A DNA stretch of 58,269 nucleotides from a virus (Duplodnaviria > Caudoviricetes): positions 1 to 58,269 of the IMG/VR virus record IMGVR_UViG_3300028920_000079; one strand, given 5' to 3'. The translations under genes and the position numbers were made by a program. Below, one piece after another: positions 44,399 through 52,860 of the stretch. The notes below the pieces were generated by a model that ran no database searches, was not told where the DNA came from, and saw only the letters and a program-made list of their open reading frames with translations. Within the stretch, counting starts at the first letter, position 1, and each line of letters opens with the position of its first letter.

Positions 44399-45436
44399 TT
44401 AAGCTACTCGCTGTTCTGCCGCTGCTGTTAGAATTTGTTGTCTAATAGCTTCAGCCTCAGCTTCACGACCACGGTATCTTCCTTTGGAAAGATCCTCGTA
44501 GAACTTCTGGATTTCAACCACACTCAAGATCGGTTGCGTCTGTTCCTGTACAGGTGCATTCGCTTTGACTTGACCGGGATCAATCTGTTTCGCTCTTTCG
44601 TCGTTTGCTAAAGCTTTTGCTTTATCATCATTCCCAATACCCTTTTCAGCATTGTAAGTCTTGAAGAAGTAGGCAACGCGATCTGTATCAAACTTAGCAA
44701 CGGCATCACTTAAAAGCTGCTGTCTCGATAAGCCTGAACTCGTCTCTTGATGATTCAGCCATTCTAAGAAGTCTGGATCACGGTTGAGATCAAGCGCGTT
44801 AGGAACCTGAGCTACCAGCACTCGCCGCAAGGATTGTTCTTTGATCTGATTTATCTCGTCCTGAGTTTGTTTCTCAATCTGAGCTATTCGATCATTGATT
44901 GGCCCAAGCTTGCTGCCGATAATGTCTTCGGTAACGCCCTTGGCAATTCTCGAATTAAGATCAATTTCTTCTTGCAGCTCATTCGCTTCTTCAGGCTTCA
45001 AATATCGCTTCTCGCCGGGAACTACTGGAACTGCGGTTTCAGCTTTCTTTAAGCTGCCCTGCAAATTCTGCACTTCCTGTCTGAGTGACGATATCATCCC
45101 TGACATTTCGCTAACTTGTGCGTCAAGTTTACCTCGACGGCCTATTTCCGACGAAAGCTTGTGTTCCGCTTGCTTCAACATCTCTCGCAAATCTTCGGCC
45201 TCTGAAGCTGCTTGAGTCTGTTGAGTATCAGGAACAACAGGCTTTGGTTCTTTTGGCGTTATGTCAGGCTTTGGCTGAGTCTGCTCATCAGTCTTCTTCG
45301 GAATCAAACTTTCCAACGGTTGAGTTACAACCTTGTCGGTCTGATCCTCTGATGCCTGCTTCTGCTGCTCACTCAATTCCTCTAGTTTTTTCCTACTTTC
45401 CTCTGCTTGTTTACGTACTGCTGAAGGTACTGCCAT
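44399..45436 (-). CDS. Scaffolding protein
   Basis: Upstream of MCP, coiled coil; VP...N.DP.F..WL; A..EQRV end. Confidence 0.75.
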   Translation of the reverse strand: MAVPSAVRKQAEESRKKLEELSEQQKQASEDQTDKVVTQPLESLIPKKTDEQTQPKPDITPKEPKPVVPDTQQTQAASEAEDLREMLKQAEHKLSSEIGRRGKLDAQVSEMSGMISSLRQEVQNLQGSLKKAETAVPVVPGEKRYLKPEEANELQEEIDLNSRIAKGVTEDIIGSKLGPINDRIAQIEKQTQDEINQIKEQSLRRVLVAQVPNALDLNRDPDFLEWLNHQETSSGLSRQQLLSDAVAKFDTDRVAYFFKTYNAEKGIGNDDKAKALANDERAKQIDPGQVKANAPVQEQTQPILSVVEIQKFYEDLSKGRYRGREAEAEAIRQQILTAAAEQRVA

Positions 45437-45505
45437 TTGTCTCTCCTATTGCGCGTTTCTAACGGGCAAGTTAATAACTGGAATTGCCTAAACGGGTTTC
45501 CAGTC

Positions 45506-45760
45506 TTACGATGTTTTCTCTTGGACTCGCAAAGCTTCGTCGAAGAGCCTTAAAAAATCCTCTAATGCTTGTGCATATCCTTGACCGGTGAAAATGTCGT
45601 CCTTCGATGCACGTCTATTTCGTTTGTCTTGTTCCCTTAAACAGTGTTCAGCCCAACTGTGTATTTCCAAAAAATCCCTGTTCTGCATCAAGTTTATAGC
45701 GGCCTTAAGTATCCTCGCCTGTCTATTCTCTGGCTCTCTGCTGTTTGGAAGATCGAACAT
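45506..45760 (-). CDS. Small head-assembly protein (Bbp19-like)
   Basis: N.DF....W....QG.AQ.L..L between portal and scaffold. Confidence 0.65.
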   Translation of the reverse strand: MFDLPNSREPENRQARILKAAINLMQNRDFLEIHSWAEHCLREQDKRNRRASKDDIFTGQGYAQALEDFLRLFDEALRVQEKTS

Positions 45761-45769
45761 ATTTTCGCT

Positions 45770-45860
45770 TACAAGCAAAAAGAAAGGCAATACAGTGACA
45801 CGGCACCGTATTGCCCTTCTTCGATATTCATCGCAGATAAAGTAGCTAGCTCTATCCGCT
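45770..45860 (-). promoter_or_regulatory. Two-hairpin leader/terminator before the head genes
   Basis: Stems 45833-45859 and 45780-93/45808-21 followed by U-tract. Confidence 0.55.
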
Positions 45861-45876
45861 TGCTTGAGTTTTTTTG

Positions 45877-46383
45877 TTAATTATTAGTTACGCGATTCAC
45901 CTCATACCACAAGTTCGTTGTAGGTGCTCTAAGCTCAATCACAGAGCCATTGTCGCCTACAAAATCACCATTCAGTACCAGATTAGCATCCGTTTCTTTC
46001 AACTGAATCAGATTCGTTGTAGTGCTTGACAACATCAAGCACAGCCATTTACCAGCCGTACCGGGATTGGGAAGCGTAATGGTATTCGTAGCGTTATTCG
46101 CGCTACCTATACCGCTAACAACGTAACAATTCTTTGCAACAGCTACAGTGGCATTGTTCGTCAGTGACTGTGTGCCGACAGCATTGATATTGTGTCCTTC
46201 AAACGTCAGAGCACTAGCAAACGTAGTAGCCGCCGATTTGTCCACAAGGTTCGTAGTTTTAACCCACGTCCCGTCAGACAAACCAATCTCATTGATACGT
46301 ACTCGCTGTCTCCATGCCGCTTCGGACACAATGCAGCTTACAGCAATAAATGCCAAAGTGCATACTATTTTGGTCCACTTCAT
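45877..46383 (-). CDS. Signal-peptide-bearing beta-rich protein between portal and scaffold
   Basis: AGGAG RBS; MKWTKIVCTLAFIAVSCIVSEA|A; TITLP..G..W.EV.R. Confidence 0.7.
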   Translation of the reverse strand: MKWTKIVCTLAFIAVSCIVSEAAWRQRVRINEIGLSDGTWVKTTNLVDKSAATTFASALTFEGHNINAVGTQSLTNNATVAVAKNCYVVSGIGSANNATNTITLPNPGTAGKWLCLMLSSTTTNLIQLKETDANLVLNGDFVGDNGSVIELRAPTTNLWYEVNRVTNN

Positions 46384-46393
46384 ATTTGATCTC

Positions 46394-48448
46394 CTAAGCC
46401 GCTTGTCCTTCACTTGAGGCCTGAGCTTGAAGTTGAGCAACTTGCATTGCTTGTTCTTTTTGTTCTATTTCTTCTTCAGACGGTATCAGCCCTTCTACGG
46501 GAATGTCAACACTGTCAAACGTATCGCGTAACAGCTTTGCCCTTCCGGTAAGACCAAGTATCTGCATATCGACTGGATTATTAGTCGTGTTAAGGACTTC
46601 CATTCGACGCACGGCCATCTGCTCTTGCATAATGGCCGCAAGTATTCCACGAGGCCGAACTTTAACATCACCCTTAATCGTGTTGTCCGGGTTGTACAGC
46701 ATATTCCTGTCAACGCGGTTCTGCACGATGGGTTGTATCACATCTTCATCAATCTGTGCAATGATTGTTTTTATCCCTTTTGCCGCAGAGGACATTAGCA
46801 TGGATAATCCCGAACTCGTTCGAGCTGCTCCGGGCACATTCAAATTGCCATGAGTGAAAGCCGGGACGCCGGTATGATCATCTGCCATCTTCGCAAATGC
46901 CTGATAAACAGCCATAAGCTCTGCAGCATGAGACGGTATATCAAACACTGAAAGCGGTAATCCGGTTGTCCCGTCAAGGGAAGGCTTAAATTGCCAAACC
47001 TTTCTGGGATAGATATTTGTGACTTGTTCTTCTGCTGGAATGCGGTTGATATCGTTGATTGCTATCTGCGGGCCTGCAGCAATACCCATGTTGTTCATCA
47101 ACTCTCTGGCCGCTGAATTGCATATCGCCTGTATGTCCTTCATCTTGTCAGGGATACCCAAGCCCCAGAATGAACCGGGAACCTTCTCGAAAGACGTGGT
47201 GTAAAATGGCCTAGCGTCAAGTGGATCATCGTTCAGGGATACCTTAACTAGATAATTACCAACAACATACGCAATTGTCTCAACTTCTTCGTGCGGATCT
47301 AGGTCAAATGCTTCCTTAACACCCCATTCTATGAGCTGACTGGCAGGCAGAGGACCGTAGAAAATAAGCCCTTCGATCATGTTGTCGTAAATAGCACCGC
47401 CTTCATCTGGTCCCTGCAAGTTCTCAAGATCAGCTCTTGTATCGGCAATATGGTCTGGATATGAGAAACCGTCCTTGCCGTAAAGCTCTAGTACATAGTC
47501 GATTGAGTTCTTATCGTAACCCGATTCCTGCTTCATGTTGTTGAGCTGCCTGCGATTATACCGTACACGCTGAATAAGATTGCCGTCATTGATGCAAGTA
47601 GCGTCAGGCGAAGGATATATGTCGAATGGACTAACTCTCTCGTATTCCTCGACAATCTGTAGCTTCACATCGACCTTGTAGGAACCGTCGTCCTTCTGTA
47701 CGTACTTCTTCTGCTTACGTTTACGTACTATCGGACCTTTGATAAATGCGTTCTTGAATGTGGTGACATCGGCAATAAAATCGTTGAATACCTTTTCAAA
47801 CCCGACTTGTTCCAGATCGTCGAAGACTTGTACTTCCATTCGCTCGGCACGTTCTTCGGCTTCCATCTGCATCAGGCGCATTGTCTCGTCTTTGAGTTCT
47901 ATGGCCCGTTCAAAGATAGACTGCATCTCTTCTGGACCGATAGGCATAGCATCCGGTTGACGCTGTTGCAAGAATTCCATTGCGGCCTTATCCGCAACCT
48001 GTTGCTGGACCGGTCTAGGTAGCTCTGCTATAGGCGTTGACGCAAGCTGAACAGAGTTTTTACCAGCGGCACCCATCACGTCTTTGATCCAAGACTCTGC
48101 GGCTAAAGACTTTACAGAAGTCAATCGCATATAAACATCTTGACCACCTTGCTGTTCTATCAATGTTTTTGTCGCCTTATCGTACTCGCCTTTACGCTGT
48201 CGCAGGTTGTCAAGTAGCTCTTCATCAATGTTTTCGGTCAGCTTATGGCGTTTATTGCGCTCAAATTGATTGAGAACCATCTTGGCAAGATTGGTAATCG
48301 GGGGTGAATTCTGGGTTTGCAGTGCTTCTCGACGATTCTGAGCTGCATCTTCCATCTCTTTTGTGGACACAAAGCGGATAAATGGCTTGGATGCAGGTTC
48401 AACAGTCTCGAATGAAACTGCTTTACTTGGCGGTAGGCGTAATGTCAT
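46394..48448 (-). CDS. Portal protein
   Basis: 684 aa after TerL; VSPFDIYP.P; PGSFWG.G; R.L.NN..A.GPQ; RT.SGLSML. Confidence 0.88.
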   Translation of the reverse strand: MTLRLPPSKAVSFETVEPASKPFIRFVSTKEMEDAAQNRREALQTQNSPPITNLAKMVLNQFERNKRHKLTENIDEELLDNLRQRKGEYDKATKTLIEQQGGQDVYMRLTSVKSLAAESWIKDVMGAAGKNSVQLASTPIAELPRPVQQQVADKAAMEFLQQRQPDAMPIGPEEMQSIFERAIELKDETMRLMQMEAEERAERMEVQVFDDLEQVGFEKVFNDFIADVTTFKNAFIKGPIVRKRKQKKYVQKDDGSYKVDVKLQIVEEYERVSPFDIYPSPDATCINDGNLIQRVRYNRRQLNNMKQESGYDKNSIDYVLELYGKDGFSYPDHIADTRADLENLQGPDEGGAIYDNMIEGLIFYGPLPASQLIEWGVKEAFDLDPHEEVETIAYVVGNYLVKVSLNDDPLDARPFYTTSFEKVPGSFWGLGIPDKMKDIQAICNSAARELMNNMGIAAGPQIAINDINRIPAEEQVTNIYPRKVWQFKPSLDGTTGLPLSVFDIPSHAAELMAVYQAFAKMADDHTGVPAFTHGNLNVPGAARTSSGLSMLMSSAAKGIKTIIAQIDEDVIQPIVQNRVDRNMLYNPDNTIKGDVKVRPRGILAAIMQEQMAVRRMEVLNTTNNPVDMQILGLTGRAKLLRDTFDSVDIPVEGLIPSEEEIEQKEQAMQVAQLQAQASSEGQAA

Positions 48449-48488
48449 ATCGAGTCAACCATAGAGAATTTTCCTACGAATTGACGCG

Positions 48489-48517
48489 AACTTACCACAA
48501 GAAGAAAATTATGTCAA
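48489..48517 (-). promoter_or_regulatory. sigma70 promoter upstream of portal
   Basis: TTGACA-17-TAAGTT with extended TG. Confidence 0.65.
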
Positions 48518-48552
48518 ACGTATTTTTGCATTTTTTCTTACATTTGCAAAAC

Positions 48553-50064
48553 CTAGACCCATTTGCGGGTGACAATAGGTTTCTTGCGAACGTTGTGATA
48601 ACCGGAACCGTCCTGCCCGGCATATGAGTTCATAGCGCCGTGATCCATGCCTACAGCCGCGTATTGGCAAGCCTCGACGATATGTGACCACTTGTTCTTG
48701 CTCGGCTCGTCGTGGTAACGCTCGTCGCCTGCAACTCGGATTCGCCGGAAACAGTAACGACCCATCAAGCCTTGTCTCAGCATTTCGCATTTTGGCGAAA
48801 CCAGAAACGCTTCTTCGCCGTCGCTTGATTTGCGGATCATGTACTTGACCAACGATTCACGGCGATGTGGGAATCTGTTGCTTGTACCCGCTGGCAAGAC
48901 AGGGACACCGCATTCCTGCAGAAGCTGTACATACGTCTTGGCATCTGAGGCCGACTGTTGTGTGCCGGCAGGATCGCAGTACCGTACAAACTGTGCGCCG
49001 TGATAGTTATTCATGCAATGCGGTCTGAGAAGATCCGTAGCGAATTGCCGTAAGCTCATGTTCTCGGTAACAATCTCGTCGATAACCCTGAACTGACCGG
49101 ATGGACTGATCTGACAAAATGCCGCGGCTGGTGTAAGACCTAAGTCAATTCCGATGATGATCGGTATGCCGTAAAAAACATCCAACTCTTCTTTCGCCCT
49201 ATGCACTGTGTCGTGGTATTCCGGATAGACAGGTTTGCCGTCAACAACTGTCCCGTATTCGTTGAGGACATAAACGTTGATCCATTCCTCGGTCTTGCCG
49301 CCAACCATGTTGAGATAGTATTGATACCCGCCGGAAAGATGATCTATGTTTTCTGCAGGCAGTACGCCTTTAACCTGTCCGCGATTCGGAATGTATTCTG
49401 GAAATTCTTTGCCCTCGGTCTGAACCCGGAACAGAGCAGGCGGTTGAACAAATTGCTTCCAGTTCCTCGGACATTCTTTCTCGAAGATCCGATACCACCA
49501 GTGATCTGTATCCGGTGGGTTGGTGTCCATAATAACACCTGTCCATGTCGGACCACCTGCATCGACAGGCGGGTAACGATTCACACGTTGCGTTACACCG
49601 TCAAGAATAGCTTTCGGCAATTCTCGCGCTTCGTTGATCCATGCACCAGTCAACTCTAGCGATAAAAGTTTTTTCATGTCGTCGGCTTGATCCAACGCAA
49701 GAAAAAGAACTTCCATTTCCATCCGCGTACCGTCGGACAAATCCTGCTTCAAGTTCGCTGACAAAAACGGTGTTTGTCGAATGACGCAATGAGTCTCTGG
49801 AAACCATTCCTTCCAACTTTTCAAGACGGTTGTATGTAACTGCGAGAATGTGTTTCGTATACCCGCCCATCGGGTACTGCGTATACCGTTGAACGGCTTC
49901 TGTTCTTGTGCTCGCCTGAATAAATCAAAGATGCAAGTAACAGACTTTCCTGATCCGACTGGTCCACGCAAGCCCTTGACAAACGAATCGTCAAGCATGA
50001 ATGCGTTAGACGTAGGGCTAGGCATGTAGTTGATGTTTACATGGCCGTCAACGACTTTGTACAT
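48553..50064 (-). CDS. terL: Terminase large subunit
   Basis: GPVGSGKS Walker A, LELTGAWINE Walker B, DTNPP, GIDLGLTPAA nuclease, KN.WSH..EA.QY. Confidence 0.95.
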   Translation of the reverse strand: MYKVVDGHVNINYMPSPTSNAFMLDDSFVKGLRGPVGSGKSVTCIFDLFRRAQEQKPFNGIRSTRWAGIRNTFSQLHTTVLKSWKEWFPETHCVIRQTPFLSANLKQDLSDGTRMEMEVLFLALDQADDMKKLLSLELTGAWINEARELPKAILDGVTQRVNRYPPVDAGGPTWTGVIMDTNPPDTDHWWYRIFEKECPRNWKQFVQPPALFRVQTEGKEFPEYIPNRGQVKGVLPAENIDHLSGGYQYYLNMVGGKTEEWINVYVLNEYGTVVDGKPVYPEYHDTVHRAKEELDVFYGIPIIIGIDLGLTPAAAFCQISPSGQFRVIDEIVTENMSLRQFATDLLRPHCMNNYHGAQFVRYCDPAGTQQSASDAKTYVQLLQECGVPVLPAGTSNRFPHRRESLVKYMIRKSSDGEEAFLVSPKCEMLRQGLMGRYCFRRIRVAGDERYHDEPSKNKWSHIVEACQYAAVGMDHGAMNSYAGQDGSGYHNVRKKPIVTRKWV

Positions 50065-50067
50065 GGA

Positions 50068-50355
50068 TTATCCTTTCTTCTCGGCATACACCTGATTGAT
50101 ACGACTGGCCTGCCGTTCGCGTTTAGCTTTCATCTCTGCGGTGCTACCCGTCTTTGCAGTACCGCCGTCTACCGGATTGCCTTTTGCCGTCATTGCGATT
50201 CTGCCTGTGTCTGCTTCAATAAGGCGATAGAGTCCGTTAATCTTTCGTACTTTTACTGGCATGGATTTCCCCTTATCGTTTCGGACACTTCTGACCTGCA
50301 GCTCTACGCCTGCCAACTTTCTTACGTTCGTCTTTAACCCGCCTGCTGTTTGCAT
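50068..50355 (-). CDS. Small basic hypothetical protein
   Basis: MPVKVRK..G.YR..E..DGG..A.RQ..IN; true start probably internal. Confidence 0.55.
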   Translation of the reverse strand: MQTAGGLKTNVRKLAGVELQVRSVRNDKGKSMPVKVRKINGLYRLIEADTGRIAMTAKGNPVDGGTAKTGSTAEMKAKRERQASRINQVYAEKKG

Positions 50356-50415
50356 ACGGCCCTGTCCCGTCTCGCTTACCTCGTACTGTTCTGCTCATGT
50401 GTTTTTCCTTTCCGC

Positions 50416-50664
50416 CTAAAACGGCAAGTTGTCGTCTTTCACTTCCTGCTGCTCACCTGCTAACGGTCGCTGTTGTGCTTCCTCGTTCATTTGCTCGTAC
50501 TCTTGCGCCGATAACGACAGGTACTTGTCGCCGTTCTTTGTCTTGTTGACCCACCCGGCCAAGCGATACTGGATTCCAAGGATCGAAATCCGCCCTGTAT
50601 ACTCTGGCGAATTCTCGTTCTTTTTCTTCTCGTTCCTGAACAGGCTTCCGCGCATGTCTTTCAT
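50416..50664 (-). CDS. DUF736-like small ssDNA-binding protein
   Basis: GSLF.N..K..P.Y.G...L.GW..G.KYLSLS; DDNLPF tail. Confidence 0.75.
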   Translation of the reverse strand: MKDMRGSLFRNEKKKNENSPEYTGRISILGIQYRLAGWVNKTKNGDKYLSLSAQEYEQMNEEAQQRPLAGEQQEVKDDNLPF

Positions 50665-50971
50665 AGCTTGTCTTTCTCTTGTATGTTTCCCCGTAGAACA
50701 TACGGGCTTGTGCTTCTTTCTTCGTGTAACCGCAGCGTATTAAACCCTGCTTGATTTGCTCGGCTGAAACAGTATCAGATCGCTTCCAGTCTGTCAAGTA
50801 CCGATCAAACCAGTCTACCCGGTTGATCGCTAAACGTCGTGAAAAATGATCCCACCAGATAACTGCCGCAACCGCATTCCTAACCTTCCGATCTTCTATC
50901 TCGTCTAGTATCGCTTGCCATCCTTCCTTTGTTTGTTGTTTGATCCATTCTATGTTGTCATTTTTTTTCAT
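50453..50971 (-). CDS. Hypothetical protein (3' part overlaps next gene)
   Basis: AAGGA RBS; ATGA coupling. Confidence 0.5.
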   Translation of the reverse strand: MKKNDNIEWIKQQTKEGWQAILDEIEDRKVRNAVAAVIWWDHFSRRLAINRVDWFDRYLTDWKRSDTVSAEQIKQGLIRCGYTKKEAQARMFYGETYKRKTSYERHARKPVQEREEKEREFARVYRADFDPWNPVSLGRVGQQDKERRQVPVVIGARVRANERGSTTATVSR

Positions 50972-51276
50972 TGGCTGTCCTTTTTCTCGGTAACAATCTT
51001 AATCGTCCGACCCTTGAAGACAAAGTAGTTCTCTTCCAGAACAACACCGCTCTCATTCGTCATCGTATCCGTGTCAACGTACAGCAATGTGTTGTCGCGT
51101 AAAAACACTGCGGTTTCATATGCACGTTCTGATTGAAACGCAATCTTGTCCAACCCTTCCTCGACTTCTTCACGCGCCCAGTCTATCCGATGATTGAAGT
51201 CAGTCATAATCAAAACGTGTATGACCACTACGATCATAATCCCAATGTATGCCAGTATCTTTTTGTCGTCGCTCAT
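50968..51276 (-). CDS. Membrane-anchored protein
   Basis: N-terminal TM. Confidence 0.55.
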   Translation of the reverse strand: MSDDKKILAYIGIMIVVVIHVLIMTDFNHRIDWAREEVEEGLDKIAFQSERAYETAVFLRDNTLLYVDTDTMTNESGVVLEENYFVFKGRTIKIVTEKKDSQ

Positions 51277-51400
51277 GTTATTTCATCCTTTCATCCGAAT
51301 ACTCCAAAGCAATCCGATGATAAATGACAACAGTATTCCGATATACTTTAACAGCCATATCATTTCTTTTGCGTAGGCGTCGGTCATGCTGTTATCCCTT

Positions 51401-51784
51401 TCATTCCTCAACCAGCTCGCGGACCGGCGTGCCGTCGGGTTGTACGTAAGTACTCTCAAAATAGTCCCACGATACACGATCGCGACTAATACGGACATAA
51501 TCTGGGCTAGCATGAATTATCATAGAACATCTACCATCACGAGCTTCCTTATTCCGCACCACCTTGCCGACCGCCTCTTCCGGCGTCCACCGGCGGTACT
51601 TCGGTTCGGGTGGGTCGGGTACAACCCAAAAATCAGTATGCTCCCAGTCCCATTTTGGTTCTTCCGTTTTTCCAAGATGATAAACTGTTGGGTATTTTTT
51701 ATCATGTGACTTACCCGCAATTCTCTTACCCTCAGCCCAGAGTCTCATGACCTGCGCCGCTTCGAGTGTTCGTTTTTCGTTCAT
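51401..51784 (-). CDS. Conserved phage hypothetical protein
   Basis: A.VM..WAEGK.I..P.WDW..PEPKYRRWT..DGTP. Confidence 0.7.
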   Translation of the reverse strand: MNEKRTLEAAQVMRLWAEGKRIAGKSHDKKYPTVYHLGKTEEPKWDWEHTDFWVVPDPPEPKYRRWTPEEAVGKVVRNKEARDGRCSMIIHASPDYVRISRDRVSWDYFESTYVQPDGTPVRELVEE

Positions 51785-51968
51785 ACCTTCCCTTTCGTCT
51801 TTAATCGCTCAACCAGCCGCCAGCACCTACCCGGTAACTGTGCAATCACAATCACCAACTCCGCTATCGCCATTAAAAAAAACAGTATGCCGAAGATAAT
51901 CACCATAGCAAGAAACCGTAGGTAGTCTATCACCTGCACACTGTGATCGCATTCTGCTGATTCATAAC

Positions 51969-52331
51969 TCATGCCGTTCCCTTCCCGTTTTTCTTCTTCT
52001 CGTCCCGCAACCTCTTCTGCAACCACATCAGCACACTCGCAAGTATCGCCGCTACTGCCTTGCCGTAGTGCTGTAACATAACACGCAGTACCGAACGATA
52101 ATCGCTCGGAAACTCTTGGTCCAAAACCTGCATCGCCTCCCGCCGAATAAACTGTCGCGTCTCATCGTCCTTCAACTCGTTCTTGAAACGCCTGTGAAAT
52201 TGCCGGTCCAATACCTCGCCAGCTTCCTTCTGAATCGAACGCTCTGTTTCGTGCTTTACCATCCGGCAGCTTACGAGTAAGAGTAGAACAAGACATGCCA
52301 ATGCTTTGAAGAGTTTTATAAACTCAGTCAT
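51969..52331 (-). CDS. Putative lipoprotein with C-terminal TM (u-spanin-like topology)
   Basis: LVLLLLVS|C lipobox; AVAAILASVLMWL followed by basic tail. Confidence 0.5.
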   Translation of the reverse strand: MTEFIKLFKALACLVLLLLVSCRMVKHETERSIQKEAGEVLDRQFHRRFKNELKDDETRQFIRREAMQVLDQEFPSDYRSVLRVMLQHYGKAVAAILASVLMWLQKRLRDEKKKNGKGTA

Positions 52332-52860
52332 GTAAATGCTCAAACTTTTTACGCATCGCGGTATCATACGCTTGTAGTAAACGACGATCATCTAAGACCG
52401 GCCATTTATCATGGTCACCACAGGTATGATTCATTACATCGCCCCAGCCATTAACACCGTCCTCAGCGCAATAAGAAATATAACATAACCCATCACATCT
52501 TCGACATGGCGCGAATAAAACATACGCTTGATGCTCGCCTCCAATATATGCTTTGTATTTACCATCGGCAGGCAAGCCTTGGATTAACCATAAAGATTCA
52601 TTGTTGTTTTCAAATTTTCTGATTAGTCTTTCTACACGCTGTTGATCTTGATCGGAAATGTCAGTAGGTTTTATCTCAACAAACACATCGTCTTCCGGTA
52701 ACCGAAAATCGGGCAGATAGCGTTCGCCGTCTATATCCCAACCTTGTTGTTCGTAGACCCATTTAATTTTCATAGCGTCAAACCAAACTGCCCAACGTGC
52801 TTCTAACCGTGATCGGAAAAAACACCCATTATACTTTGTCTCTATTGCCTTGATCGTCAT
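52324..52860 (-). CDS. PD-(D/E)XK-like nuclease
   Basis: IKAIET.Y.G..FRSRLEARWA..YE..YLPDF..EIKP. Confidence 0.8.
   Translation of the reverse strand: MTIKAIETKYNGCFFRSRLEARWAVWFDAMKIKWVYEQQGWDIDGERYLPDFRLPEDDVFVEIKPTDISDQDQQRVERLIRKFENNNESLWLIQGLPADGKYKAYIGGEHQAYVLFAPCRRCDGLCYISYCAEDGVNGWGDVMNHTCGDHDKWPVLDDRRLLQAYDTAMRKKFEHLHD

Noticed and set aside
21794-50064. Stop-codon reassignment, or introns/inteins in core genes
   Set aside because: TerL, portal, MCP and the giant protein are intact, of normal length in code 11, and use all three stop codons.
50453-50664. Long same-strand overlap as an overprinted gene
   Set aside because: Better explained as run-on of the upstream ORF over the DUF736-like gene; the extension has no recognisable features.
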